From positions 1-53,612 of the forward strand of contig JBGTCY010000290.1 of the NCBI GenBank assembly GCA_041748615.1: a DNA stretch of 53,612 nucleotides. Direction: 5' to 3'. Position 1 is the first letter of the stretch; every line of letters begins with the position of its first letter. The notes below the pieces were generated by a model. The model was not told the origin of the DNA, made no database searches, and worked only from the letters and a program-made list of their open reading frames with translations. Position numbers and translations under genes: made by a program. The stretch is from Chitinophagales bacterium. Lineage in GTDB: Bacteria > Bacteroidota > Bacteroidia > Chitinophagales > CAIOSU01. This document shows, one piece after another, positions 17,852 to 27,207 of the stretch.

Positions 17852-20629
17852 ATGAAGTCGAAAAAAATTAATTATACTCAAAAACTACGACTGCCGGATA
17901 ATAAAAGAAAGTGGCTGATATACGGAGCGCTTTTTCTTTTCGCATTTCTTCTCTATGGAAATACCATCAATCACGACTATAATCTTGACGATGAATTAGT
18001 AACAAGAAATCACAGGCTTACCAGTAAAGGAATTAGCGCCATTGCTGAAATATTTACTTCACCATATTACCAGGATGATTCCGGCTACTCTTATGAATAC
18101 CGTCCTGTTGTCTTGGTAAGTTTCGCATTGGAACACGAGTTGTTCGGGGATAACCCGAAAGCAAGTCATTTAATTAACGTCTTATTATATGCGATTACAG
18201 GAATCATTTTATTTATCCTGCTTACTAATTTATTCCCCAACTTGAATGTAATCTTTCCTGTTTCAGCAGTCCTGCTTTTTATTGCGCACCCAATGCATAC
18301 GGAAGTCGTTTCGAGTATCAAAAACAGAGATGAGATGCTTTCATTCCTTTTTGGAATACTGGCATTGAATTATATGGCTCGTACAATAAAATTTAACCTG
18401 CATATTAAATACATACTTGTTTTTTTCTTTCTTCTCCTAAGCCTGCTTTCAAAGACTTCCGGAATATTTCTATTGGGATTAATCCCTATCGTATTGATAT
18501 ACAAAAAAGAAGAAAAACTGAGTTTATTATATTCATTCTTCATAGTTGCCTTATTAACTGCAATAACCATCTATATCTCCAGCAGTAATATGCAAAATAT
18601 GAAGATGTTATTAACCGGTTTTACGGTTTACTATATTATTTTATATATTATATTCTATTTAAAATTAAATACGACTGTAATTGCCGGTTTCTTTACAAGA
18701 ATAAAAATGATAAAGGAACGAATAGGGTGGCCCGAATCAACCTTGTTGCATAAAACATCATTCAAAGAAATCACTCTTGGTAATTTACTGTTTTATCTTT
18801 TATTTATAGCAATATTTACTTTGTTTGTCAAATACAGCATGTATATCGGCTCTGTGCCGGCATTGATATTATTGATATTTTATCCCTTTTATTCCCGCTT
18901 AATCAGATATGACATTATTATTCTTACAATTGTTGCATTTATAATATTTTACATTTTTTCCCCATTAGATATGCTTACGGAGGCAATTTTTTATATTGTT
19001 GCACTATATTTAATAATAATAAATATATATTTAAATAAAAACAATAAAAAACAATTGGTTTTGGTTATCATTTTTTTAATGGCGTTATCATGCATTGCTA
19101 TTTATTTAAGGTTTAATGAATTTCAAACGGTTATAGGATATTTATTCCTAATTATAATAGTGAGCTTACTAATATATATAATAAAAAAATACAAATACAA
19201 ATGGCTTTATATCCCCTTTCTTCATATGATTTTTACATCTTTTATAGATATTGTTTTATACTTTCATCTGTACGAATTGAATGTTTTTTCATTTTATATT
19301 TTATCTTACATTTTATTTTTAACCAAATATCGTTCGAATGCTAAAGCATCCTTATTGTTAATTTCAATTTCTCTCTCGTTTGTTTTATGCATAAATGTTG
19401 TGCATAAAAACATCATGCTTAATAAATCCCCTGAACATATCGAATTAAAAAGGTTGCATGAGGAAAAGATGAAAAATACTCCTCCATCAGAAGTAAAGAT
19501 TGAAGAACCAAAGGATAATTACTTCTTTAATATGGATCGCCCGCTCGATTTTGTCGAATATCCTTTGGGTTTTAATGCTTCTATGGAGGTAAGAATAGCC
19601 ACGTCCGCATATATTTTAGGCGAGTACCTGAAGCTGCTTATTATTCCGCACCCTATGGGATTCTATTATGGCTATGCTCATATTGTACCTGTTGGTATCA
19701 GGAATCCTCAAGCCTCAATTTCATTAATAATATATTTTACACTTCTGATTATTAGTCTTTTATTAATAAAAAAGCATCCTGGTCTATGTCTTGGCATTTT
19801 GTTCTATTTATTCTCCATTGCAGTTTATACTAACTTAATACAGCCTGTTGCCGGTATGATGGCGGATCGTTTTACCTATGCTGCCAGTTTTGGTTTTTGC
19901 ATCGCAATAACTTACGCCCTACTCAATCTTTTCAAAATAGATATATCAAAAAATGCTCCGCTGAAATTAAAGCCTGCATTTACTGTTGTTTTGGTTTTAA
20001 TCCTCAGTTCATATTCTTACCTGACCATCGCCCGAAACGCGCTCTGGAAAGACCACCTGACATTAATGCGGCATGACATCGGACATCTTGATAAATCCGC
20101 GCAGGCACATAATCTGCTGGCTTCTAACCTGATGAAATATTCTTATCAAAATGAATATTCTAAAGACGCTTTTTCGATGAGAAAGGAAGCGCTTGGTCAC
20201 TTCAAAAGGGCAGTTGAGATTTATCCCGGTTTTTTTAACGCCTGGTATGACCTGGGCAGAACTTATATGATTCTCAATCATCCCGACAGCGCCTTCCATT
20301 GTTTTGTGAGAGTACATGAAATGGATTCCACTTTTTCTGATGCCACCATTAATATTGCTACCATTGCAGAGCAAAGAAATGATTTCAATACCGCTATCAA
20401 ATATTATGAAAGATTATTGAAAGCTCAACCTGATTATTACACTGCTTACACGAATCTCAGTTATCTCTATTTCAGGTTGAATCAGCCTGAAAAGTCTATT
20501 GAAACTAATCAACGGGCAATCAAAATTTTCCCGACCTGGCGCGACCCGTATGAAAATATTGCGCGGGTTTACATTTCTCAAGGTGATACACTGTCGGCTC
20601 AGGAATTTTTGAAAAACGCTCCGCGCTAA
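17852..20629 (+). CDS. TMTC-like GT-C glycosyltransferase with C-terminal TPRs
   Basis: YNLDD acidic pair after TM1, YRP, HLINVLL, HPMHTEVV, ADRFTY, RNALWKD, then TPR-like helices. Confidence 0.8.
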   Translation: MKSKKINYTQKLRLPDNKRKWLIYGALFLFAFLLYGNTINHDYNLDDELVTRNHRLTSKGISAIAEIFTSPYYQDDSGYSYEYRPVVLVSFALEHELFGDNPKASHLINVLLYAITGIILFILLTNLFPNLNVIFPVSAVLLFIAHPMHTEVVSSIKNRDEMLSFLFGILALNYMARTIKFNLHIKYILVFFFLLLSLLSKTSGIFLLGLIPIVLIYKKEEKLSLLYSFFIVALLTAITIYISSSNMQNMKMLLTGFTVYYIILYIIFYLKLNTTVIAGFFTRIKMIKERIGWPESTLLHKTSFKEITLGNLLFYLLFIAIFTLFVKYSMYIGSVPALILLIFYPFYSRLIRYDIIILTIVAFIIFYIFSPLDMLTEAIFYIVALYLIIINIYLNKNNKKQLVLVIIFLMALSCIAIYLRFNEFQTVIGYLFLIIIVSLLIYIIKKYKYKWLYIPFLHMIFTSFIDIVLYFHLYELNVFSFYILSYILFLTKYRSNAKASLLLISISLSFVLCINVVHKNIMLNKSPEHIELKRLHEEKMKNTPPSEVKIEEPKDNYFFNMDRPLDFVEYPLGFNASMEVRIATSAYILGEYLKLLIIPHPMGFYYGYAHIVPVGIRNPQASISLIIYFTLLIISLLLIKKHPGLCLGILFYLFSIAVYTNLIQPVAGMMADRFTYAASFGFCIAITYALLNLFKIDISKNAPLKLKPAFTVVLVLILSSYSYLTIARNALWKDHLTLMRHDIGHLDKSAQAHNLLASNLMKYSYQNEYSKDAFSMRKEALGHFKRAVEIYPGFFNAWYDLGRTYMILNHPDSAFHCFVRVHEMDSTFSDATINIATIAEQRNDFNTAIKYYERLLKAQPDYYTAYTNLSYLYFRLNQPEKSIETNQRAIKIFPTWRDPYENIARVYISQGDTLSAQEFLKNAPR

Positions 20630-20787
20630 TCTTTTCGACCCGAATCCGGGATATTTTAAAATTTACATTTTCCTGCTATTTGTACAAAGGGGTGTTTTTC
20701 CACAATTTTTCAGGAAAAGGAAAACAAGTGAGATTAGTTACCCCCAATGTTTTTTTTTATATTGCACCCCGTTCAACTTAATATTTA

Positions 20788-23700
20788 ATGATGATGAGAA
20801 AACTTTCATGCTTACTGTTCGCTTTTACCGGTATCTTATTTACGCTTGAATCCAATGCGCAATGTCCTGCTTTTCCACCCGGAACCGTTGGGATTTATCC
20901 TGATCTGGATTCTTTAGCTTGCATTCCGAATGACAGCTCACAATATTCAGAGTACATCTCGGTGATAAGTCCCGATTCGTCATCCGGCATCATTTATCTG
21001 ATACTTGACAGCATTGTTGGCCTGCCGGATGGAATCAGTTGGAGCTTAGATGTTCCATTCGGAAATCCCCCTAACCGTTTGAACGCGGGTGATTCCGGCT
21101 GTCTCAATATTTTTGGAGCAACTAAAGATACTACCGGCATTTATGTGACTGAGATTTTTGTGACTGTACTCACGAACATCGTACCTTTTCCAATTTCCAG
21201 TGAACTCAATCAATTATTGGCAATCAATAGTTTTCCTCCGGTAGGCACCTCTGTCAAAGTATGCGCACCCTGTCCTGCAACCAGTTTGACGCTGACTCCG
21301 GCAGATGTTAGTTGTTTAAGAGCGGATGACGGCAGTATCACCGCAAGCGCAAGCGGAGGTGATGCTCCCTATTCATACAGTTGGTCAAACGGAAGCACAG
21401 GGGAAACAATTCAAGGTCTGGCTGCGGGGAGTTATACTGCCACAGTGAGCGATGCCAACGGATGTACCGCAACAGCTTCGGCAACCGTCAATCAACCTTC
21501 AGAATTATCGGCAAGCATCACTTCATTAACCGATGAATCCGGTTGTGGTGCATTGGATGGCGCAGCTACAGTTTCAGCCTCTGGTGGAACCGGTTTGATT
21601 TCTTATGAATGGTCAACCGGGGCAACCGGTACATCAGTGACCAACCTTTCTGCAGGAAGTTATTTCGTAGTAGCCGAAGATGAAAACGGCTGTAACGATA
21701 CCGCGAGAGTGAACATTGCAAGATTAGACTCAGTGCTGATTTCCGTTGTGTCAACGGATGTTTCCGTTTGTGGTGGTGCTGATGGCTCGGCAACAGCATC
21801 AGCCAGCAATGGCGTTTCACCTTATTCTTTTGCATGGTCGAGTGGCAGCACGGATAGTGTTGCAAACAACCTTTCTGTGGGAACCTACACCGTCACGGTT
21901 ACCGATTCCACCGGATGCCAGTCAACAGCTATTGCATTCATCGGTCAACCCGGAAATATCCTTGTTGCTGTTGATTCATTTAAAAATGTAAGTTGTTTTG
22001 ATTTTACGGACGGAAGTATTTCCGTATCTGCAAGCGGAGGCAATGCTCCCTATAATTTTGCATGGTCGAATGGCGGTTCGGGCGAAACGCTTCAAAATCT
22101 TGCAGCAGGCAGTTATACCGTTACCGCTTCTGACGCAGGCGGATGTACTGCAACCGCAACCCAGGTAATTGCTCAACCAACAATCTTGCTTGTTTCTATT
22201 GATTCCGTAAAAGACATTTCCTGCAATGGCGGGAATGATGGCTCTGTTTCAATCTCTGCTTCAGGCGGTACAGCGTCCTATCAATTCAACTGGTCGAACA
22301 GCGCGACAAGCGCCAGTCTTTCAAATCTCACTGCCGGAGATTACATTTTTACTGTGACAGACGCGCAGGGATGTATTTTAACTGATTCTGTTTCACTCAC
22401 GGAACCACCGGCATTATTTGCCTCATCTACTCCCACAAATACTTCTTTTGCGGGCGGCACTGACGGATCCGTTAATGTAACTGCCGGAGGTGGAACACCG
22501 CCTTATAATTATTCATGGACAACTGGCGCTACTACCCAGAATTTAAGCGGAGTGGCAGCCGGAAATTATGAGGTGACCGTAACGGATGCCAATGGTTGCA
22601 CAGTTGTAACCGGAGCCAGCGTGAGCGACCCGGCAGCATCATTTTCTATTTCATTAACTGCCGCGTCTGTGCGCTGCAATGGTGAATCAAATGGTTCAGT
22701 CTCTTCCTCATTGAGCGGAGGCGCGCCACCGTTTTCTTACAGTTGGTCAAATGGTTCCTCTACTCAGAATTTATTGGGTGTTGCTGCCGGAAATTATTCT
22801 GTAACGGTAACCGATCTTGATGGAATCACCGCCACCGCATCAACCACGGTGAGTCAACCCGCAGTACTTTCCGCAACCACTTCTGTGACGGATGTTTCCT
22901 GCAATGCCGGGAATGACGGCAGCATCAATGTGACGCCAGCCGGAGGAAATCCACCCTATAATTATCTCTGGTCAAATGGCTCCACTTTAGCCACAAGAAG
23001 TAATCTGACAGCAGGAAATTATTCTGTTGTGATTACAGATGATAAAGGATGTAATACAGTTGTTTCAGCGAATGTATCTCAACCCACTACAATCGTGCTT
23101 GCATTTATTTCAACTGATGCCACTACTGCGGCAGGTTCAGATGGCTCGATTGATTTAACAGTTTCCGGGGGTGTAGGTCCTTACACTTTTCTTTGGTCGA
23201 ATGCTGATACAACTGAAGATATTAATAATCTGACAGCCGGAGTTTATACAGTGACGGTTACCGATAGTAATAGCTGCACAAAAACCGGAAGCGCACCGGT
23301 GGGTGACCCTTCTCAAATGCGGATTGTAGCGGTAGCGGAAAATGTCAGTTGCAATGGAAGCAGTGACGGCTCTGTGACATTAACGGTTACCGGGGGTGTT
23401 CCGCCTTACGGTTTTTCATGGTCAAATAGCGCGACTACACAAAATTTAAGCAATGTCCCTGCCGGCAGCTACACGGTATTGGTTTCTGATGCCGGAAGTT
23501 TGACAGAAACTACAACAGTTGTCGTGAATGAACCTGCGGCAGTTTCTTTGAATATTACCGTCATCAATGCCACATGCATTCCCGATGGTTCAGCCGCTGT
23601 CAGTGTCAGCGGAGGAACTCCTCCTTATTCTTACAACTGGTCATCGGGTTCAGCCGTTGAAATCGCAGGTAATTTATCAGCAGGAGATTATTTTGTTACT

Positions 23701-24504
23701 GTGACGGATGGCGAAGGTTGTTCGATATTAGATACCGCAACTGTGCTTGCCTCAGATCCGATTGTACTTGCCTCTACGGTAACTCCTGCCTCCGTTGCCG
23801 GAGCTTCCGATGGAGCGATTGTGTTGAGCGTAACCGGTGGAACCGCGCCATATTCCTACGCATGGTCGAATGGAGCTTCAACCAAAGACCTTTCAGGATT
23901 GACAGTGGGAACATATACCGTAGTTGTAACGGATGACAACGGATGTACGGCTACCGCTTCAGCAACGGTCAATGATGGCGCGGCTGGTTGCAACTTAGGC
24001 GTTGGTGAAATCAGTGGTGAACCTTATCCGTTTGAAAGTACCACCCGTTACTATTCCATTTTATTTAACCCAGCCTACACCTATCAATGGACGATTGACA
24101 ACGGGCAAATCAATTTCGGGCAAGGTTCCGGTTTGGTGAATGTTACCTGGGGTGGTAATGGTCCCGGATTTTTGGAGGTAATCGTGAGCGATGGCTCCTG
24201 CTTTGATACGGTTTCGCTTAACATAGGAGTGCCGGTGATTGATGTGTTATCAGACCTAAATTTTATCATTTATCCCAATCCGAATCAGGGACAGTTTACG
24301 TTAAAATTTAACGGGCAAACAACCGTTGTTGAAAGAATTGAAATCATCAATCTGCTTGGAAGAGTGGTGGCGAATGTGCCGGTTAGTCCGGGTGTTCAGG
24401 ATAATTTACTGCATCTTTACGCTGACCTGAATGGTGGAATTTATTTTGTACAGTTGGTGAGTGATGGTCAGGTCTTCAGAAAAAGATTTGTTGTAGCGGA
24501 ATGA
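20788..24504 (+). CDS. T9SS type-A cargo adhesin with 12 SprB-type repeats
   Basis: Signal peptide (SNAQ); 12 copies of DGS..SASGG.PY.Y.WS...L.AG.Y.V.V.D..GC; C-terminal IYPNPNQG...GIYFV sorting domain. Confidence 0.88.
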   Translation: MMMRKLSCLLFAFTGILFTLESNAQCPAFPPGTVGIYPDLDSLACIPNDSSQYSEYISVISPDSSSGIIYLILDSIVGLPDGISWSLDVPFGNPPNRLNAGDSGCLNIFGATKDTTGIYVTEIFVTVLTNIVPFPISSELNQLLAINSFPPVGTSVKVCAPCPATSLTLTPADVSCLRADDGSITASASGGDAPYSYSWSNGSTGETIQGLAAGSYTATVSDANGCTATASATVNQPSELSASITSLTDESGCGALDGAATVSASGGTGLISYEWSTGATGTSVTNLSAGSYFVVAEDENGCNDTARVNIARLDSVLISVVSTDVSVCGGADGSATASASNGVSPYSFAWSSGSTDSVANNLSVGTYTVTVTDSTGCQSTAIAFIGQPGNILVAVDSFKNVSCFDFTDGSISVSASGGNAPYNFAWSNGGSGETLQNLAAGSYTVTASDAGGCTATATQVIAQPTILLVSIDSVKDISCNGGNDGSVSISASGGTASYQFNWSNSATSASLSNLTAGDYIFTVTDAQGCILTDSVSLTEPPALFASSTPTNTSFAGGTDGSVNVTAGGGTPPYNYSWTTGATTQNLSGVAAGNYEVTVTDANGCTVVTGASVSDPAASFSISLTAASVRCNGESNGSVSSSLSGGAPPFSYSWSNGSSTQNLLGVAAGNYSVTVTDLDGITATASTTVSQPAVLSATTSVTDVSCNAGNDGSINVTPAGGNPPYNYLWSNGSTLATRSNLTAGNYSVVITDDKGCNTVVSANVSQPTTIVLAFISTDATTAAGSDGSIDLTVSGGVGPYTFLWSNADTTEDINNLTAGVYTVTVTDSNSCTKTGSAPVGDPSQMRIVAVAENVSCNGSSDGSVTLTVTGGVPPYGFSWSNSATTQNLSNVPAGSYTVLVSDAGSLTETTTVVVNEPAAVSLNITVINATCIPDGSAAVSVSGGTPPYSYNWSSGSAVEIAGNLSAGDYFVTVTDGEGCSILDTATVLASDPIVLASTVTPASVAGASDGAIVLSVTGGTAPYSYAWSNGASTKDLSGLTVGTYTVVVTDDNGCTATASATVNDGAAGCNLGVGEISGEPYPFESTTRYYSILFNPAYTYQWTIDNGQINFGQGSGLVNVTWGGNGPGFLEVIVSDGSCFDTVSLNIGVPVIDVLSDLNFIIYPNPNQGQFTLKFNGQTTVVERIEIINLLGRVVANVPVSPGVQDNLLHLYADLNGGIYFVQLVSDGQVFRKRFVVAE
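21283..23976 (+). repeat. Twelve tandem ~75-aa SprB-type coding repeats
   Basis: Repeats counted directly in the translation; degenerate at DNA level. Confidence 0.85.
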
Positions 24505-24527
24505 GCGGACTCTCATTTTTATCTAAA

Positions 24528-24539
24528 GGGCTTTAGCCC
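24528..24539. repeat. GGGCTTTAGCCC REP-like palindrome
   Basis: Exact copy also at 37665-37676; variant ACGGGCATTAGCCCGT at 27025-27040; all three intergenic. Confidence 0.55.
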
Positions 24540-24569
24540 GCATTAGGGTAAAAAATCTCGAATAATACC

Positions 24570-24616
24570 CCAAATAAAAAAAGCTCCGAAATCATTTCGG
24601 AGCTTTTTTTATTTGG
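24570..24616. terminator. Bidirectional intrinsic terminator
   Basis: Perfect 23-bp inverted repeat CCAAATAAAAAAAGCTCCGAAAT-C-ATTTCGGAGCTTTTTTTATTTGG between the convergent adhesin and rpmE2 genes. Confidence 0.85.
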
Positions 24617-24633
24617 ATTCAGAAAAGAAACAA

Positions 24634-24882
24634 TTATTTCTTCTGATATTTCTTATTGAATTTCTCAATACGTCCCGCGGTGTCAATGAATTTCATCTGA
24701 CCGGTAAAAAACGGATGCGATTTGTTGGAAATTTCAAGTTTCACAAGAGGATATTCATTACCGTCTTCCCACACGATGGTTTCTTTTGTTTCAGCCGTTG
24801 AGCGGGAAATAAACGAGAAGTCGCAGGAGAAGTCCTTGAACACAACGAACCGGTATTTTTCGGGGTGAATGCCTTTTTTCAT
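24634..24882 (-). CDS. rpmE2: 50S ribosomal protein L31 type B
   Basis: [17 protein letters not shown]...[12 protein letters not shown]; start trimmed to the ATG at 24882. Confidence 0.95.
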   Translation of the reverse strand: MKKGIHPEKYRFVVFKDFSCDFSFISRSTAETKETIVWEDGNEYPLVKLEISNKSHPFFTGQMKFIDTAGRIEKFNKKYQKK

Positions 24883-24907
24883 AATAGCTTTTTTAATTTT
24901 CGGTTGG

Positions 24908-24915
24908 CAAATGTA
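24908..24915 (-). promoter_or_regulatory. -7 element TACATTTG for rpmE2
   Basis: Exact TAnnTTTG match 25 nt before the ATG. Confidence 0.6.
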
Positions 24916-25111
24916 GCATTTTCCGTTTGAATTTAAAAGTCTTTTCTCATGCAACCTAATCAACCCCGGTATTATCAGAAAATAAGGGAATAGTTAAGCC
25001 CGGGTTACTTTCCACCGTTTTTACACAATGTTGAGTAACTTTTTTTGAAGACAATCGGTTAAGTGTATATCATTGATAAACTATAGGTAGTTCTAACAAT
25101 CGCCTTTCACT

Positions 25112-25141
25112 CCTTCTCCTTTGGAGAAGGCTTGGATGAGG
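25112..25141 (+). repeat. CCTTCTCC-TTT-GGAGAAGG-CTTGGATGAGG REP-like element
   Basis: 8-bp hairpin plus a tail resembling the widespread CCCTCTCC..GGAGAGGG..GGGGTGAGG intergenic repeat family (from recall). Confidence 0.4.
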
Positions 25142-25189
25142 CAATTAAAGGAATGATTTTTTAGGACTGCTCACTAAAAAAATCAGGCG

Positions 25190-25687
25190 ATGGTACAAAA
25201 TCTGTTTCCCGGAATGACCAAATGGCGCAAGTTTAATGGCGACCGGTTAGCGCTCCCCATCAAGGATGAAGTGGAGCAGGCAATTCTGCGCGAAAAGGCA
25301 GCAGGCAACAAACTCATGCTTTGTATCGGCACAGATTCGCAGGTGCGGGGTGATGTGATTGAGTTCGCGACCGTCATCGTTTTTCTCAGAGAGAAAAAAG
25401 GCGGTTTCATGTACATTCACAATGAGCGTTCAAAGCAGAAGATGTCGCTCAAAGAGCGTTTGCTGATGGAAGTATCCATGTCTATTAACATCGCCTATGA
25501 GTTGTGTGATTTGTTAGACAAACACGAAGTGGACCTGGAAGTCCATGCAGATATCAACACTAATCCGAATTTCAAGTCCAACACCGCGCTCAGCGAAGCG
25601 ATGGGCTACATCCTCAGTATGGGATTTGCTTTCAAAGCCAAGCCACACGCCTTTGCCAGCACCTGCTGCGCGGATAAAGTGGTGTAA
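25190..25687 (+). CDS. YkuK-family RNase H-like protein
   Basis: LCIGTDSQ, ERLLME, LEVHADIN, KPHAFASTCCAD. Confidence 0.8.
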   Translation: MVQNLFPGMTKWRKFNGDRLALPIKDEVEQAILREKAAGNKLMLCIGTDSQVRGDVIEFATVIVFLREKKGGFMYIHNERSKQKMSLKERLLMEVSMSINIAYELCDLLDKHEVDLEVHADINTNPNFKSNTALSEAMGYILSMGFAFKAKPHAFASTCCADKVV

Positions 25688-25720
25688 TTATTCATCAGAT
25701 TTTTACAAGGGGATTGCGAC

Positions 25721-25752
25721 ACAAAGTCATCGGAAATTTCCGGTGACTTTGT
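25721..25752. terminator. Stem-loop after the YkuK-like gene
   Basis: ACAAAGTCATCGGAA-AT-TTCCGGTGACTTTGT with one G.U pair, followed by a T-rich run. Confidence 0.6.
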
Positions 25753-25803
25753 TGTTTTTATGAGGATGTTATTAAATAACCGCTTGCATATAACTAAAAT
25801 GAA

Positions 25804-25811
25804 TACTTTTG
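25804..25811 (+). promoter_or_regulatory. -7 element TACTTTTG
   Basis: Exact match 16 nt before the ATG at 25828; TTG 17 nt further upstream. Confidence 0.55.
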
Positions 25812-25827
25812 CCAAAAAATAAACACC

Positions 25828-26736
25828 ATGTCAGAAAACAGTTCCTCAAATAAAGTCCTGATAATTCTATTGATTCTGTCAGTACTGCTCAATGCATTTT
25901 TATTCTTTACACAAACAAAAAAATCCGGTGAAATTTCGCAACTGAACACGAAAGTGGATTCGCTGCAACAAGCTACAACATTGCTTGCTTCTTCAGTAGA
26001 AACCACCGGTTCGCGCCTTGAAACCGCGGAAGAAGAGTTAGATGAGTTCAAGGGGTTGTCCGTTGAGTTGGACAGCTTACTTGATGTGGCGAAAAAAGAC
26101 ATTGCCGCCAAAGAGTCGCGCATTAATGTGTTGCGCAAAGACGCCTCCAAAGCCAAAGAGTTGGAAAAAGAAATGACTGAATTAAAAGCCCTGAAAGAGC
26201 GCTATCTCGAAAGGATTGATTCGTTGATTTCAGTGAATAACCTGCTGGCGGATGAAATTGTCATCCACAAGGAAAATATCGAACAACTGACTTCCGCCAA
26301 AGAACAGTTGCAGAAAACCGTTGAAAAAGGCTCGGTGTTGAGCGCGGATAACGTACTGGCGGTTCCATACAAGCAGAAAGGCAGCGGCAAATTTGTCGCT
26401 ACCGCAATCGCGTCAAAATCCCGCAGGGTTGAGGTTTGTTTCGATATTCTGGAAAACAAAATTGCTCAGGCGGGTGAAAAAACGGTTTACCTGCAAATGA
26501 TATCTCCTGAAGGCGTCACCCTCGGCACGGATGCCACCGGGGCGGGAGTTTTCACCTCAATGGAAGATAACTCTCAAAACCGCTACACTACCGTGGCTAA
26601 AATTAATTATGAAAACCGCAAGAAAAACTATTGCGTCACCTGGGATTATGAAATGCAGCTCTCCAAAGGCAATTACACCGTAAAAGTATTTTCCGATGGA
26701 TTTTACAGCGGGGTAGGAGCGTTTATTTTGAAATAA
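25828..26736 (+). CDS. Membrane-anchored coiled-coil protein with C-terminal beta-rich domain
   Basis: N-terminal TM, long E/K/L-rich helical stretch, beta-rich C-terminus; no Walker A motif. Confidence 0.75.
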   Translation: MSENSSSNKVLIILLILSVLLNAFLFFTQTKKSGEISQLNTKVDSLQQATTLLASSVETTGSRLETAEEELDEFKGLSVELDSLLDVAKKDIAAKESRINVLRKDASKAKELEKEMTELKALKERYLERIDSLISVNNLLADEIVIHKENIEQLTSAKEQLQKTVEKGSVLSADNVLAVPYKQKGSGKFVATAIASKSRRVEVCFDILENKIAQAGEKTVYLQMISPEGVTLGTDATGAGVFTSMEDNSQNRYTTVAKINYENRKKNYCVTWDYEMQLSKGNYTVKVFSDGFYSGVGAFILK

Positions 26737-26858
26737 TATTGTTGTTTAAAATAACATACCTAATTTGTTATCTGTCTTTGGATATTAGACTTTAGATATT
26801 AGTTGCCATGGGAAGTGTTACTGGAAATGAGCCATAGACACAATCATCAACACATAAA

Positions 26859-26892
26859 AAAAAAAGACCGGGTTTTCGCCCGGTCTTTTTTT
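26859..26892. terminator. Intrinsic terminator
   Basis: A7-GACCGGG-TTTTCG-CCCGGTC-T7. Confidence 0.8.
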
Positions 26893-27207
26893 ATGCAGAA
26901 AATCGGTTGGTTTGTAATCATCTGTTTTCTGAATAAAAATCTTGTTTTGAGCAAAAGCCCTGACGAAACTCAAAAAGCCCTGTAAGAGCGACCTTTTAGT
27001 AGAAAATATTTGTCTCCAAACCAGACGGGCATTAGCCCGTTTTTGCCGGTCAACAGTGTGATTTTTTTATTAACAATTTAAAATCATCAATATTTTTTCA
27101 AAATAAATACTTACATTTGATTAAGTAGAATGGCGAGGTGATGTTAAGCGATTAACTGATATTATATTTTTACAAAATATTTTATTCACTCTCAAAACCC
27201 AAAAGCC

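Noticed and set aside
21283-23976. Periodic sequence as a CRISPR array or DGR template
   Set aside because: The periodicity is in-frame protein repeats, degenerate at DNA level; there is no cas gene, reverse transcriptase or adenine-specific variant pair in the window.
24634-24915. Zinc-starvation (Zur) regulation of type-B L31
   Set aside because: I saw no convincing palindromic box, and the Zn-free type-B form is the usual L31 in Bacteroidota.
25828-26736. ParA / chromosome-partitioning annotation often attached to such proteins
   Set aside because: No Walker A motif; it is a TM-anchored coiled coil.
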